From the IMG/VR virus record IMGVR_UViG_3300008267_000004, positions 1 to 64,000 of that record: 64,000 nt of DNA; one strand, given 5' to 3'. The translations under genes and the position numbers were made by a program. Below are positions 38,601 through 49,000 of the stretch, one piece after another (within the stretch, counting starts at the first letter, position 1; every line of letters begins with the position of its first letter). Origin of the DNA: a virus. Under the pieces are notes generated by a model. It did not search any database. It saw nothing but the letters and a program-made list of their open reading frames with translations, and was not told the DNA's origin.

Positions 38601-39367
38601 ACTTTTGTAACTAAGTTGGATCCGCTATTTATAACTGAAATAGCGTAATGATGCCAACTATCTATCTGTGTAGTTACGGAAGAAATTGTTTTAACACTAT
38701 TAACATATCCATATGAACCAGATCTATAAGTAAGAACTAAATTACTGTCCTGAAAGTAGCCAGCAAATCTTCCATAATCACTACTAGAAGCGGTTACATT
38801 ATTCCAAAAATCAAATACTCTTTGAATATTGCTTGGGGATCCATTTCTTTTAAACCAAAATTCAATAGTATTGCCTCTTCTACCATCTAAATTAAGATTA
38901 TAATTAATGTCTGATTCCGTTTTATCGGCTTTTGTAAAAATAGAACTAGAGTTATAGTTTCCATAAAATATTATATATTGAGGTCTTGATGTTGTGGTGG
39001 AAGAAACATAGTAAGAATTCCAAGATGAAGAACCTAAATTAATAAAGCCAGTTGTTTTTGGATAAGAATTGTCTAAAATATGCAAATCTAGATCAGTTGC
39101 ATTATTTCTCCACTCTTGTCTTTCTTTTTTAGATCCATCATATGGATAAGTTAAATAAATATTATTAATAGAATCTGTATAATATTTTTCTGCAGATCCA
39201 TACCTTGCAAAATAACTAGCAGTTGAGTAGTCTACTGGATAGTAGGTTCTTTCCCTCTCAGTAACTGCTTGCTCCATGTATTCCTTAGAGCCGAGTTTTT
39301 CATTTATACTATCTAATGATTCTTTTTGAGTGCTGTTATTTAATTCTAATAAGTCTTTTAGATTCAT
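29615..39367 (-). CDS. Giant (3250 aa) baseplate wedge / receptor-binding protein with LamG domain and beta-propeller repeats
   Basis: LamG/concanavalin-like motifs (TIEFWFK, WHHYAIS, VYLDG, FDEFRFW); wedge-type YKSKGTSKSIRNLLRTFGI; four FKPDG/NPNG/FSSDG propeller blades; E/R-rich tail; adjacent to gp6. Confidence 0.7.
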   Translation of the reverse strand: MNLKDLLELNNSTQKESLDSINEKLGSKEYMEQAVTERERTYYPVDYSTASYFARYGSAEKYYTDSINNIYLTYPYDGSKKERQEWRNNATDLDLHILDNSYPKTTGFINLGSSSWNSYYVSSTTTSRPQYIIFYGNYNSSSIFTKADKTESDINYNLNLDGRRGNTIEFWFKRNGSPSNIQRVFDFWNNVTASSSDYGRFAGYFQDSNLVLTYRSGSYGYVNSVKTISSVTTQIDSWHHYAISVINSGSNLVTKVYLDGVLVSTSASAGQTTNGFLSSSYNITGVLGSGMLSTLGLTQGPTLYSVYGSFDEFRFWNEERDESDIRLNMYSHVGGGVNNDENNQNLGVYYKFNEGTTGTSSIDSICLDYSGHICNGTIVNYFNSSDRSTGSAMELANPSITEPKDPIIYANHSDVVNLYSLYETTGSEYDENNPNMLINTIPSWIVEEEQREGRDEIKNLMQIIGSYFDNLHVQIDKLKTLGYSEYPSFGSEKALPFYDKILTSYDFDVSDILSDTSLYELLDSKNKNLNFDEKVHEVKNQILRNIYNNLIYLYKSKGTSKSIRNLLRTFGIDEKIVKPNIYANNSEYLIEDNLEQETYTRRYVNFNNTSSFSATVFQSASVFGQSDERGYLRISSSLNNFELVPNTIEAEIFLPKKFEDDSPQYFEFGYLTSSIYGVYQAASDERDLSFQSPDNFNFQVYAVKTSYESPHIRFVLSSSAFGGKYLESPIIYNAYNDERWNLAVRILHPKYELADISFASASEDYRLEFYGVNTVAGDIVNSFSSSTTITNATAVSALKNFRRLYVGANRQNFTGSVINYSDVGVFSVKYWLNYLDNTQINNHALNPDLYGIKDPDAIAYKGINSLRTLNITNLDTLVLHWNFDNITGSNSGGNFYSYDLSSGSLNDRRYGDYSQNLFKKHSARGYGFPSSNSEVGKSYYLSSNKSKLPEIISGDDMIQIVSNETIRTNKDVKTTDYQMIFEKSMYQTISEDAIKLFSSVNDLNTIIGHKINNYSDNYKQLEYFRTLYFNKLGSTPDLEKYIEFYKWIDSSIIEMLSRLVPASAQSNNFISNTIESHVMERNKIRQSRAFSMISNPPQKSIFISSPTSITTTNINYSDIKPPSSPSGKTWAKQRANRVTDVSSSSGVLEVDADREQIRKASYHKNINTIYNAFDKNLNIAYNNYEDKVRLFSNALSVVSSVHDLKPMNKYKFIKSLYAQGNNFNIIFSASVNESTEDLSLLKQKLYTSISGNLDDLFSLNSEGILPFSVFKNTSNNTNYITNNFSDAYTETREIGLQGPFTDAHVGGNSHRHNSINQTLDRKELYLTDGSSSVAPAASINGLLYRNTRIKSPVNIRNIQHNISKEELGNYSKGYEVLSLNSRYDTNTELINSGAMNYSSTASSNSIFREKQLRERKANSTVIVNRFSTPGAETNARGALDEDSEEYSVYNSINNRNQKVRKYLNAWHSNTSSIDSNFPSLHKVNKNALYQAVLSGTSTTITTQGVEYDNQFVQHQIPRSDRNYSWITASVTGNLGIGGYINSQASSSLANYITFLTGVNETIESIYVKNRDSIVQYGLEIYFKPDGKRLYATAGGVAANSTLWQYDLQYAWDITSIISTGSINIGTLLGGSAAGIYPQGIWINPNGREIFILDEYNSRITKSSTLAAADAWNFLKLSTVAAQTLVTGSNMGKGLEFKPDGTKMYIANNVDKKIYQFSLATPFTINAGVTRDSAEIHTSSSFATSLTGCAVLMGNPDSIRFSSDGTKLYVSSDVQDDDPLLLPDGLYEFTLSTAWDISSARLTNRIIQYSSFTNYDMTAAGLYVRDTSGTLENISFYVYDFLNSPPNIYNVIKKVEPVSVSNIFMGNTKTYDRSSNLVYLNNEALTDLSGPNRNPYREFLLNNNSVYRYPSWKQIRNNDNNLVRLNKKENIITVQDNEISTQDRQSSGFLNTFSSYKEPPVQYNYPIKQVILDKTKNSILTNQYKLEENKIFYEPYMLNEYDNISSSFANEGLQLKLDIKDVEINKLDYSKYRFLYENNSSFELKRAEHKKKIFPSKLYSTLSRIRSKPNYESDGTTGSNGRNGNIANVRTFWKDNILNRIRSTHISTSSFGALESSSYSSYFSGSNTLRGKTVRSDIITACHYNDNWLAHPNHLYLVHPLTSSFDTFHTSSIFELDKSFSPLITRSVTIGSRLSHIMTGSNYIYGELVPYTEYETLFSVLSMSNSEFIPRPQLFFMNPGPKFVTGGVEFVSFNTGTTYTMTSSGKKPFFDSYQDFYEDIKYSAYEYSYVPEYKFHDVSDFYIKDNNGDFNAIYTSSYLSLDGADEEFINVTGNLNLTNNFHSDIFEEIGNKKLEITIDGIKKLLPYKGFYPSERSVQLFYHFCNSWVGDSTERGRHTVSYGATDYLGPTYNQQMLSLTQPLFSPGILFNSIKAGIACDWPAYINTGSFGDSEINNNYRRLPHFYTTGALVRGWERTGGPFGSPYLTVITGAVEREFQLRSRANYRMPFESLLEFDTIIPANIAQSASLYYINPAYYSYSMISASTPESEDRSNYIVPFYNLSTNLTGVANNTFNFKDNRYKMAMHNFLSEIPNFFLKNKGLTSFVSSPQKDFKVAVSGVAYTLDIVLSKEENLNKDYSASGSRNHYGPGFCSYASTLPGNTVYIEGMIDSAVNSWTHGAYSPPYHYGESYMTLAFTPTDTRKYSLDEILSNLVVYSAGTPSATYSYVSASNIVNNILQKRSNFWKENYTISTMVNYYGLGLPANTEIMSLTSSLNYLQKSSERIVQFDQAGNPLNISDNPDNSLDRWVIQTKFECPVVSTTDTNDYWMAYGNIPSEKEKLRLEIKERSGIKTDIYSDSLIDLCGFNQEVKNIGTIAEEKNISEAIVMIPYTLEKNHVGDKSTARTILPLSGEFGFYGSDRKSADTQNKPSYFYVDTNKINSIIGLDIKSSKLTLEQLNNRLNDITVEQNNSIVKTMKNMFNYNLPPNLDWISNKNIDPFVMYIIEFNHILDKEDLLDMWQGLMPKISRIAEKDSVTLSHDLTENEFFHGKTLPKDIRWKVFKVKKRANTNYYKLTADSKDDQRFKFSFISGDRRPEYSYNWPYDYFSLVEMINIDASLKISDETPEPTRLIPQDKWWKVDEREAQKTAYYEELERRRIEEENRKRIEEEERKRREEDQRRLTDLRNKEKVEVTTVVDTSKPGYGTNVVSGVSGNALTGVGSGTTLSDRMNRTGNVGDVASTVLRKKTRKK

Positions 39368-39369
39368 TT

Positions 39370-40794
39370 TTATTCAACCCTAAATTTATATACTTGCTTA
39401 TATTCTTCTAAAACGTTTCCATCCCACCTAGCTAATTGTAAACCATAAGAATAATCAGGCTCTAAAATATTCATGTCAAAATTAAAATAATTTCCATTTG
39501 TGTCATATGAGGTTTTTGTATATTCTAATGAGCCAGTTGAGTATGGTACTATTTCAAGTCCATCATCTATTCTATATATTCTATAGAATAGATTTTTAAC
39601 AACAGAATTTTCTATATTTCTTGTTGAGACACTATAGACGTTTGGATCCCAATCTTTCAGTCTACTAAATATTCTAAATATAACATTTTCTCCACTTGAG
39701 TATTTAGTTTTCATATTGGTAATTGAAAAAACATATTGTTCATTTGAATAAAAATCTTGTGCATTATATTGATTAACATCAAAAGAACTAGAAAAGTATA
39801 TTACTGATTGGTTACCAGATAAATGCCATTTATCATATAAAGCACTTGCAGTAGTAGACACTCTAATACTTGCTTTATAAACCCCAATAGAAGGATTACT
39901 TACAGAAGAAGAAACAACAGATACTTGATTTGTATAATTACTGTCTGAATATAATTTAATTTGTAGATTAGGATTGGAATTTATATTTTTTAATTTTCCA
40001 TTAAATCTATTGTAAAAATATAAATTATATGTATTATCAGAATCACTTAAAAGACTGCTTGTAGAATAAAAGGATCCCCTATCGTCTTTAACTACATCTT
40101 CCCATCTACATTCTATTATTGGTTTTTTAAAGAAATATTGAGTTCCTCTTGAGAAGAATTTTTTTGTATAATAACTATTTCGCTTACTTCCATCTTCGTA
40201 AGAACCAGATAATTTTACTAAAAATCCATTATTATTTAATGTACCACTTATCCAATTTTCTACTAAGTTTGTTACATCTACTTCTAAATCTTCATTTCCT
40301 TTTAAAAAGTGTTGTTTTATATCATAACTTTGGGTTATAAAAGAACTACCAGTTCCTTCCCATGCAGATCCAGATTTTGCATATATCCAGTTAGTCCCGT
40401 ACCCATTATAAACTCCAAACCCTGGATCTGAATAATTTTCCATATCTAATCCATATCCTTCATCCCACGATTGAGATAGCGGATAAACAGAAAGATAATA
40501 ATCTTTTGGAAGGCTGAATGGATGTTGTGCGTTATATAATTTAAAAAAGAAACTTACGCTACCAGAGGCTGGAATTTTTCCAGAAGCTCTATCGGATATA
40601 ATATCTGATACTGGGAATCTTACTAGTGCTCTTGATAATTCTAAAGAAGAGGTTGTAACTTGAGCATATAAAGAAAATACCTCCATAGAATCAGAAGCCC
40701 CCATATTTGAGCCAGTTGCCCTATAGACAAGATTTTCTTTATAAGCATTTGTTATGGTAGTATCTGCTTCCGCATTATATCTTTTGATAGACAT
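39370..40794 (-). CDS. Baseplate-associated protein with DNRLRE/CBM-like N-terminal domain
   Basis: ADTTIT...SRALVRFPV...LSVYPLSQSWDEGYG...DLEVDVTNLVENWISG...NNGFLVKL. Confidence 0.6.
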   Translation of the reverse strand: MSIKRYNAEADTTITNAYKENLVYRATGSNMGASDSMEVFSLYAQVTTSSLELSRALVRFPVSDIISDRASGKIPASGSVSFFFKLYNAQHPFSLPKDYYLSVYPLSQSWDEGYGLDMENYSDPGFGVYNGYGTNWIYAKSGSAWEGTGSSFITQSYDIKQHFLKGNEDLEVDVTNLVENWISGTLNNNGFLVKLSGSYEDGSKRNSYYTKKFFSRGTQYFFKKPIIECRWEDVVKDDRGSFYSTSSLLSDSDNTYNLYFYNRFNGKLKNINSNPNLQIKLYSDSNYTNQVSVVSSSVSNPSIGVYKASIRVSTTASALYDKWHLSGNQSVIYFSSSFDVNQYNAQDFYSNEQYVFSITNMKTKYSSGENVIFRIFSRLKDWDPNVYSVSTRNIENSVVKNLFYRIYRIDDGLEIVPYSTGSLEYTKTSYDTNGNYFNFDMNILEPDYSYGLQLARWDGNVLEEYKQVYKFRVE

Positions 40795-42599
40795 TAAATT
40801 ATTCTTCCTTCAACGTCAGATGTTGGGTATTTTAATTCCATTACAACATTTTTTGGAACTCTAATAAATGTACCGTCTTTAGTCATATTTTCATCAAAAT
40901 TAAATGAATAGTTTGAATAAGATACGGTTGATGAATCTAATTTATTTGTGATCATTACAGATCTTACGTCTATTAATCCATCAACCTTTCTTAATGCATT
41001 GTACACTCTAGCAATATGTAAATGTTCTCCTATGTCCATTTTTATAGAAAATTCATTTATAACAGCTTGAATTCCATTAGCTAAAACATCGTATTTATTA
41101 TAATTTCTGTCTATCATAGCAGTAAAATATATTCCAAAGTTAACTACATATGGATCTAAAATTTCTATATTATCATTTATCATTTTACTCTTATTTAGCC
41201 AATTCTTTAAATTATTTTTTGTAGAATTATTAGCAGACACTAAATTTCCATCATCATCCTCTGAAAGAACATAGAGGTTAATTTTCTTTTGTCCAGCGTG
41301 ATAACCCTGCATTGCTCTTACTCTTCTTATTGCACCATATTTTCCAGGCATATTATAACATAAAGCTTCATAATCACTTGTTGTTACTGCTCTGTTTTGT
41401 GCTGAAAAAGTACCATAGATTTTATTTTTTATTTCTTCGGATGTAAATTCATCTTGAAATCCAACTATAGGGAACTCATTTGTAACTCTTATTCCATTTC
41501 TTACTATAGCTAACATTCCTATATCTAGATTTTGCTGGTCTTGAAATTCCAGTACTGGATTTGCAACTCTTGTTATAGAATTTGATGGGGTTGCCATCAT
41601 AATTGTTTCGTCTGCTCGATATTTAATGGTAATTATTGTATTCGATGGTGCTATTCCTAGTTTATCATTTGATACTAAAATAGAAGGATCAAAACTTTCA
41701 TCCGTTATGTAGTCTTTTCCATAAGAATTAATTACAACATTGGATGGATCTAATTTTTTATTATTATTAAATATTGTAGAGGAATCACTAGCACCTCCAA
41801 ATTGTATATAAACACCATCATCTTCTCGTACAACAATAAACCTTCTTGCAACTCCATAAGGTTTTAAAAGAGAAGGAGTCTGAGATCTTTGCGAAGCGTC
41901 TGGATTTAAAGTAGATCTATAAATTACATTTTGCGTTAGATAATCGACTTCATAATACTCATTTCCGTTTGTATCTACTACTGATAATATCTCACTTATA
42001 TTATTAAAGCCTACTTTTACTTTTTTAAATTTTTCAAAATCTCCTATTGAAATAGTAGTTTCTTCCTCTAGACCAGAAATTACTTTTCCATATGTTTTAG
42101 CAACAAATTGAAAAGGGCTATTTTCATTAATTTTTGATTTTCTAATTTCTGTATTAGATGTTGTCATCACAACATCATCTATTAATGTATAATTATTTCC
42201 GTTATTGGAAGAAAAAGAAGTACCTTTTTTTATAACTGGGAGATAGTTGCTATCATAAGAAGTACCGAAAGAGTTGGCTGGAATTGGAACATAAATTGTT
42301 ACAATTCCAGATGCTGCAGTTGCTAATTTTGGCCTGTATCCTAATGCTTTTCCTAGTTTTAAAATATTTCCATACTCTATCGCTGTTGCCAAAAATGATT
42401 CATTTGCCTGGTAATCTAGGTAGTACGATAAAACATCTCCAACATAAGCAACCATATCAGTAACAAGAGATCCAAAAGATCCCTCATTAAAATCTTGATG
42501 AACATCTGGATAATATTTCTTGGCGTAATTAACTAAATCAGTTTTTATACTATCAAAATCCCTTGATGTATACCTAATAATTGGCGTTCTTTTAGACAT
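40794..42599 (-). CDS. gp6: Baseplate wedge subunit (T4 gp6-like)
   Basis: IRYTSRDFDSIKTDLVNY, DFNEGSFG, YYLDYQANESFLATA, LGYRPK and QNRAVTTSDYE. Confidence 0.9.
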   Translation of the reverse strand: MSKRTPIIRYTSRDFDSIKTDLVNYAKKYYPDVHQDFNEGSFGSLVTDMVAYVGDVLSYYLDYQANESFLATAIEYGNILKLGKALGYRPKLATAASGIVTIYVPIPANSFGTSYDSNYLPVIKKGTSFSSNNGNNYTLIDDVVMTTSNTEIRKSKINENSPFQFVAKTYGKVISGLEEETTISIGDFEKFKKVKVGFNNISEILSVVDTNGNEYYEVDYLTQNVIYRSTLNPDASQRSQTPSLLKPYGVARRFIVVREDDGVYIQFGGASDSSTIFNNNKKLDPSNVVINSYGKDYITDESFDPSILVSNDKLGIAPSNTIITIKYRADETIMMATPSNSITRVANPVLEFQDQQNLDIGMLAIVRNGIRVTNEFPIVGFQDEFTSEEIKNKIYGTFSAQNRAVTTSDYEALCYNMPGKYGAIRRVRAMQGYHAGQKKINLYVLSEDDDGNLVSANNSTKNNLKNWLNKSKMINDNIEILDPYVVNFGIYFTAMIDRNYNKYDVLANGIQAVINEFSIKMDIGEHLHIARVYNALRKVDGLIDVRSVMITNKLDSSTVSYSNYSFNFDENMTKDGTFIRVPKNVVMELKYPTSDVEGRII

Positions 42600-42619
42600 T
42601 TTTTTCCCTCTCAGAAATA

Positions 42620-42627
42620 TAATTAGT
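42620..42627 (-). promoter_or_regulatory. ACTAATTA upstream motif (putative phage late promoter)
   Basis: 20 nt upstream of the gp6 ATG, overlapping the gp25 stop. Confidence 0.55.
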
Positions 42628-43009
42628 CTGGGTTAAGAATTAATTCGATACTATCTCTTTCTTTTAGAGAAGGAACAGAATAAGAAATTGAAATAAAAAC
42701 AGCATTTTGTTCTTGTGGCAAAATATCCGTTATATCTATATCTTGAATTATAATATATGGCATATATTTTTGTATTTGATTCCTTATTATTCTTTCCATA
42801 TCTATTTCAGATACTGATTCTTTTCTGTTAAAAAATAGCAATCTTTTAGCACCGACTCCATAATCAGTATTCATAATTCTCTCACCGGGATTAGTTAAGA
42901 TAAGCATTTTTAAATTTTGCTTTATAACCTCTCGTAGATCTTTATTCATCTTATAAAAACCATCACCAGCATCATATTTTAATGGAACTTGAACGGAATA
43001 CCCTTTCAT
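42623..43009 (-). CDS. gp25: Baseplate wedge protein (T4 gp25-like)
   Basis: IKQNLKMLILTNPGERIMNTDYGVG...LLF...IQKYMPYI. Confidence 0.9.
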   Translation of the reverse strand: MKGYSVQVPLKYDAGDGFYKMNKDLREVIKQNLKMLILTNPGERIMNTDYGVGAKRLLFFNRKESVSEIDMERIIRNQIQKYMPYIIIQDIDITDILPQEQNAVFISISYSVPSLKERDSIELILNPD

Positions 43010-43025
43010 CTATTTTCCTCATATT

Positions 43026-46000
43026 TTAAGAATATTGTAGATCTATCATTTGTTCTTCTGTCAATTCGATCTTTGGTTTTAGTGCTTTTTTTGCCATTCT
43101 AGCAATATTACAAGAATCTGCTTTGTAGTTAGATTTTACATTTAAAAAGTTAATTGCATTAGTTGTATTTACTGTTTCATTATTTGATGTATCATCAATA
43201 AAATCGTCATACCAACATCCTAATAAATAATACGCTAAACCAAAAGGAGTTGGAGGAATAAAACAGAATGTTAATGCAAGACCCGCAGCTGGTGTTGCGT
43301 AAAATAAACCGTGAGACATGTTAAAACCTATTCTTCTCATGACATCTTCCGCATAAGGTAATCCTTTTAATGCACCTTCTTCATAAATTCTTGGAGGAGG
43401 AGGCTTTAAATCATCAGGACCATATGTTTTTTCTGGTAACATGGGGATCTGATTCATTATAGCAAGAGTGATAGGTCTTGCTATATTATACGGTAGTGAT
43501 GCTAAAAATACGTTAGGATCACCTACTTCACACAAACCTTTTAACATCTGCCATGGTGTTTGTACAGCAAGCCTTAAAATAAGAGGTAGAAGAGATTGCC
43601 ATCCGGCTTCTTGATCTCCAGAATTAGCTGTAGAATTTCCTCCATTTGCTGGAGCGCCACCAAGATCATTATTATTTTTATAGCCATTTCCAGCCATTAA
43701 AGAGTTGTGTCTAGCCTTTAGAGCTGCTTTTGTACTAAAAAATGTTTTCATGCTTTGTAATCTTGCATTGTTAGCCATTATGGCTTGCATTGTAACTACG
43801 CTTATATATTTTCTAATTGGAAAACAGAACTCAAACAAGAATTTAAATGTTATAGATTTTTTAAATTTGCTCTTAGTTACCAATATCTTCTTTGATTTAA
43901 AATATAACTCTAAAGTTTCTCCTTTTGTATCAATCACTCTCCCGCCTGCAACAGGTACTTTGGTTTGAGAGCTGTTTTTTACAACTGTAAATATTTTTTC
44001 AGATGGATCTCTATTTTCAAAAAACTTCAATATATGACCTTGGATATTGTCATAGTTTTCAAATTGTTGTAATTCATATTGTGACTCATATTTTTTTGTT
44101 TCATCTCCATATACAAAAAGTCTTTGCCAAGGAGCTGCATTCTTTTCATTTATTACATTGTTGATTTTTTTTGTTACTCTAGTAGAAATATAAAGTATTT
44201 GCGATTTTATAACTTTTTTAAAAATTTCTTTTTTGGTTCTCGCTGATAGTGTATCGTATCTCTCTCCTGTTTTAATTTCTATTTTTTTAGATTCAGTGGG
44301 ATTTTTCTTATAGAAGTAAGAAACACATTGATCTAAAAATCTTTGATAGTAAATAGGTTCAAAAGATTTCATTTCTATCTCAAAACATCTAGATAAAAAT
44401 TCCAACATTGGATCAGTAGCTACAATACCAATAGGATATTTATCAAATAAGAAAATTCCTTTTAAGAAATAATCATATATATAGACTCTTAAGGTTGCTA
44501 GTAAAAATGCATCAGACATAGCTCTTTCTGTAGGATGCATATTTTCTCTTTTACCTCCAGTTGGATTAGGAGGCTCATTGTTACATGCTTCCTCTCTAAA
44601 ATCGTTAATCACATCTTCGATTATTTCGTCTAAATCCAGGGAATTATTATTAATTCCACAAAATTGATCACTATTTGTTCCTGGTGGCTCTCTTAAAGTT
44701 GCTTGAAACTTTTTAAGATTTGACATATTTTTATAAGGTGTATTTCCAATATTATCAGGCTTCTTATAAAAGAAACTTTGTTTTAAATCATTATATATAT
44801 CAGACATAAATTCACTCTCTATGTCAGAATAATTTATTTCTTTTGGATCTATTTTTCTAATTTGCGTCATATATTTTTCAAAAGCATATTGTTGTATACT
44901 AGAGCTTCCATTATAACCAGCTAGAAGATTATTATTTTTTATATACATCGCAATGTCTGGGCTTATTTCTTCCAAATAAGATGAAGAAATAAATGGATTT
45001 AAATTTTTTGTAATGTTAATGTTGCTTACTTGGGATAAAAATTCACTAGTTCTTGCTCTCTCGGGTGAGATCACAGATCCAAAAGTATATTTTATATCAT
45101 AATTTGGAAAAGCAATATCTGCTGATGCTAATTGCTTTCTAGCGTCTTCTAATTGTGCATCTAAAGTACTAACCTCTGATTGCAAACCACTTATTGCATC
45201 TAAAATTGTTGTCCAAATACCAGAAATAGCTTTAAATGCAAATGATTCTTCAAATAATTTAATATCCCTACTTATACCCTCCGCCAAACTATCTATCCCA
45301 GCAAATAATTCGGTTGTTCCCAGTTTATTTTCAGGAATCAAAAATTCATCTTGTCTTTGAGCATTATCTAAATTTGCTGTAGCTGTTTTTTCTGCCTGTT
45401 TGGCTGCATCTAATCCCTGTTGAGTAGTTTCTGTAATTCCAAATCTCTCGGCAGCACTTTTCGCATTTGGATCACTAGGGTTATTTAAATAATTTTCATA
45501 TGCCGCTCTTTTGTCTATTGCCGCTTTTTTTTCATTTTCAAGAACCACAACTTCTGCTGAGGTTTTTCCTTTTGATTGAATTGTAGATGCGTAAGAGGAA
45601 TCATATGTAGCAACAATTGTATCACCAGAAGTAACAGTATACACAGAATCAGCTCTTTTTGCTACAGCAACACGAGTTCCAGCTGGAGCCGCTCTTGCGG
45701 CTTCTGTTCTAATACTTCTATTTACGGTAGATATCTGTGATACATCTCCTATGCCTACTCTTTGCGCTCCTTGTGTTCTCACAGCACCGGTAATATCAGC
45801 AATAAACACATCTAATAATTCATATATTGCCCATAATCCAGCTAGAAGCGTACTCCACCATCCATCCCAGCCGCCCTTATAACGTTTTTCTAGATCCTGT
45901 AAACCAATCCAAAATCCTGCATCTTCTTCAATAGTGCCAGCGGCCCATTGTTCTAGTAGTGTTATACCTCCGTTTACAAGTTCGGTTGTTATTTGATAAT

Positions 46001-49000
46001 AAATTGTACCCATCTTTTCGGCGGCTATTCTTTTAATTTCATCTTGTATGCCTGTATTTAACTGTGCTTCTGCTAATATTTTAAATTTTTCTCTCTCTAT
46101 GTCTGAATTAACTCTTGTGTTTATAATTATTTCAGATAAATTTTTAGTAATCTCTAGAAAATCCACTCTTTCTAGCGTTTGTGTTAATATTGGAGAAATT
46201 ACCATATTTGAGGTATCTACATTATTTTTATTTTCATTACTTTCAGATTGTTGAGATTGATCATTGGATTTTGGTTTTGGAAATGCATCATCTGACAATT
46301 TCCATTGTTTTACTCCGTTTATTTCTTTTTGTTTCGCCCCAGTTTTCTTTTCATAATCTTCATACTTAATACCACCATTTTCGTCTAATACATAATCTGC
46401 TACTAATATGCCTTTTGCAATTAACATTGCTAAAAGTTTTTCTCTATTTTCTTCTGCAGCTTTAGTATTTGAAGCGTTAGAGCCGCCCAAAGGAGATGTT
46501 GAAGCAGCTGAAAGAGTTTTTATCTCTTCTGGAGTCAGACTTATTTTAGGATTTTCAATCATATTAGCTGACCACTCTTTTAAGTCGCTATTAAACATTT
46601 CATAATATGGCTGTAAAGATCCTTGTAGTGTACCTTGGAACATATCAAGATAGTTAGTATCAACTTTTGCAGGATTTATAATTCCTGGCTTTCCATTTCT
46701 ACACAACATAGGTAATTGTTCCGGGGTTCTTGTCACACCGTCCAATAAATCGGAAAGTCTTTTATTTTTTTCATCCTCTGCATCAGCAATTAAACCCTCA
46801 ATTTGTTCTGGTGTTAGGCCGTTTTGTGCTAGAGCATCTTTTAATGCTTTTGTAGCAGATTCCGTAGAACAAATATTGGTATTTTCTTGAGCTATTTGAT
46901 CTCCTAATTTTTTGCACACGTCTGAAATATTTAAAATCTGTCCTAATTTTTGAAATAAGTATTCCACTTCAGATCTGGTTTTTAGTACTGATGATATATT
47001 TGGATACTTAGCTTCTATTATAGCTCTGACCAAAGATAAAATATCATCTGTTGCTGTACCTTCTGCAATCAATCTACAAATCTCTGTAGGATTCATAAGA
47101 CATGCAATATCTGCAATTAAATTTTTTAAGTCTTCTTTTGCTCTCTCTCTTTCTTGTATGTCTTCATCAGAATTTCCTGTAGGAAGCCCCATTGCTCCAT
47201 ATATGTCCGCAATAGAACTATTAGAAAAAGGATTATCTTGATTATCTAAAATTGCATCTAGTGCTGCAGAAAGACCTAGTTCTTGATCTGAAGTAAAAGG
47301 AGAATTTTTGCCTTGTCCTTGTTTTGAACAATTAGCCATAAGTTTTATAAGCTCTTTTATAGCAATATTGAAAGTTTCAATTATAGCTTGTGATAATGCA
47401 GTAACATACGCATCTCTTAAGGCTTTTGACATATCAGAAGGATTAAATTTTGGAACTTTGTAAGCAGCTAAAGCTTTAATTAACATATCCATGAAAGGAG
47501 TGCAGAAAAATTTAGTTAAAGCTTCTTGTATCCTTTTTTTTAAATCACTATTAAATTGTGAATCTAAATTAGCCAATGCTTGTTGATTATTTGCATCCCT
47601 TATCCAACAAATAATTTGTTGTAATAAAGCTCTCTGAAAGTTTGTCTCTCTTAGAGTTTTTTTGAGAAGATGCAAAGCAGCAGGACCAGGTTTACTCCAA
47701 TCTCCATAACCAGCATTTTTAATTGCACTAAGGGTATCATCACCAAAGGTAGGAGGTTCAGGATCTGTTGTTGGTAAAGTAGCTGCTGGAGTTGATGCTG
47801 CCTGTTTGTCTGCTTCTGCATCAAAATCTATCCATCTTCTTTTGCCGCCTCTAGCATAAGCTAGTTGTTTTTTAAAGTTAGCTTCTGCAACAGGTGCTAC
47901 GGCTTTTATTGAATTATAACCTTTTATAATTCCATCTTCCCAAAGTTTTTTCATGTTATTTTTTGCACAATCAAAATCTCTTTTAGGGATATCTATTTCT
48001 TTTGGCTGTGGAATAACAAATTTTTCTATATACTTATCGATATCTAAATTATTTCTAAGCTCTTTATTCCATTCTCCTTCATATGTTGCTAAATCGGTAA
48101 TAATTTTATATGTACAGTAGTTATATAAAAAGAAGCCGCTTCTATTTGATATAACCCCATAACTTCCAAATTCATTTTCAAATATATACCCATCAATTAC
48201 AAAAGTTTGTGCTATACCATCTCTAACGATATCTATATATGCTATATTAAATTGATCTGTCAATCCAAAAGCTATATTATTTTTTGTAGCATCTGTATAT
48301 AAAACATCATGTTCTATGGTATTTATTTCTAATAATTTTTTAATAGTTATTAAAAAGTTTCCTACATTATCTTTATCATAGAATTTTTTAGCTTCTTTTC
48401 TTAAATCTAATTCTATCAACTCTAAATAATTGTCAGCCGTTAAAGCACCCATGTACTGATCAGCTGCTTTTAAGGCAAAATTAAATTGCTCCTCTCCTCT
48501 ACTAGCTAAAATTTTAGATATATCTTTTATAGTTTCAGCAAAGCTATTATAGTTTAAAAAACTATAAGTTACTATGTATTTAATATCTTCTGGATTTACT
48601 GAGGGATCTAATAGGCCACCAGTAACTCCATCTTTAGCAGCTTGTAGTGGATCTGCTCTATAATCAATTAAATCAGTAGAAGATAGATATTTTTTAGGAA
48701 ACACTACAAGTGTATAAAAATTTGAACAAGGTCTAAGTTTTATAGCCCAATCTCTAGCATATCCGAATAGATAAAATCTATCAGACATTTGTTTTATATA
48801 ATCTTCAGAGTTTTTCTTAGCGTTAGATTTAAAAATTAATCTTAAGCCGGTGAAATAAGCATCTTCAACATATTTTTGTATTTTTTCATCAGTAAGTTCA
48901 AGGCCATCATATTCCGCTTCTACTGAACAGTAATACAATTCACTCCTTTCATCATAATAAACAATAAATGGTTTTTTATCAGACCATCCAATTATATCTG

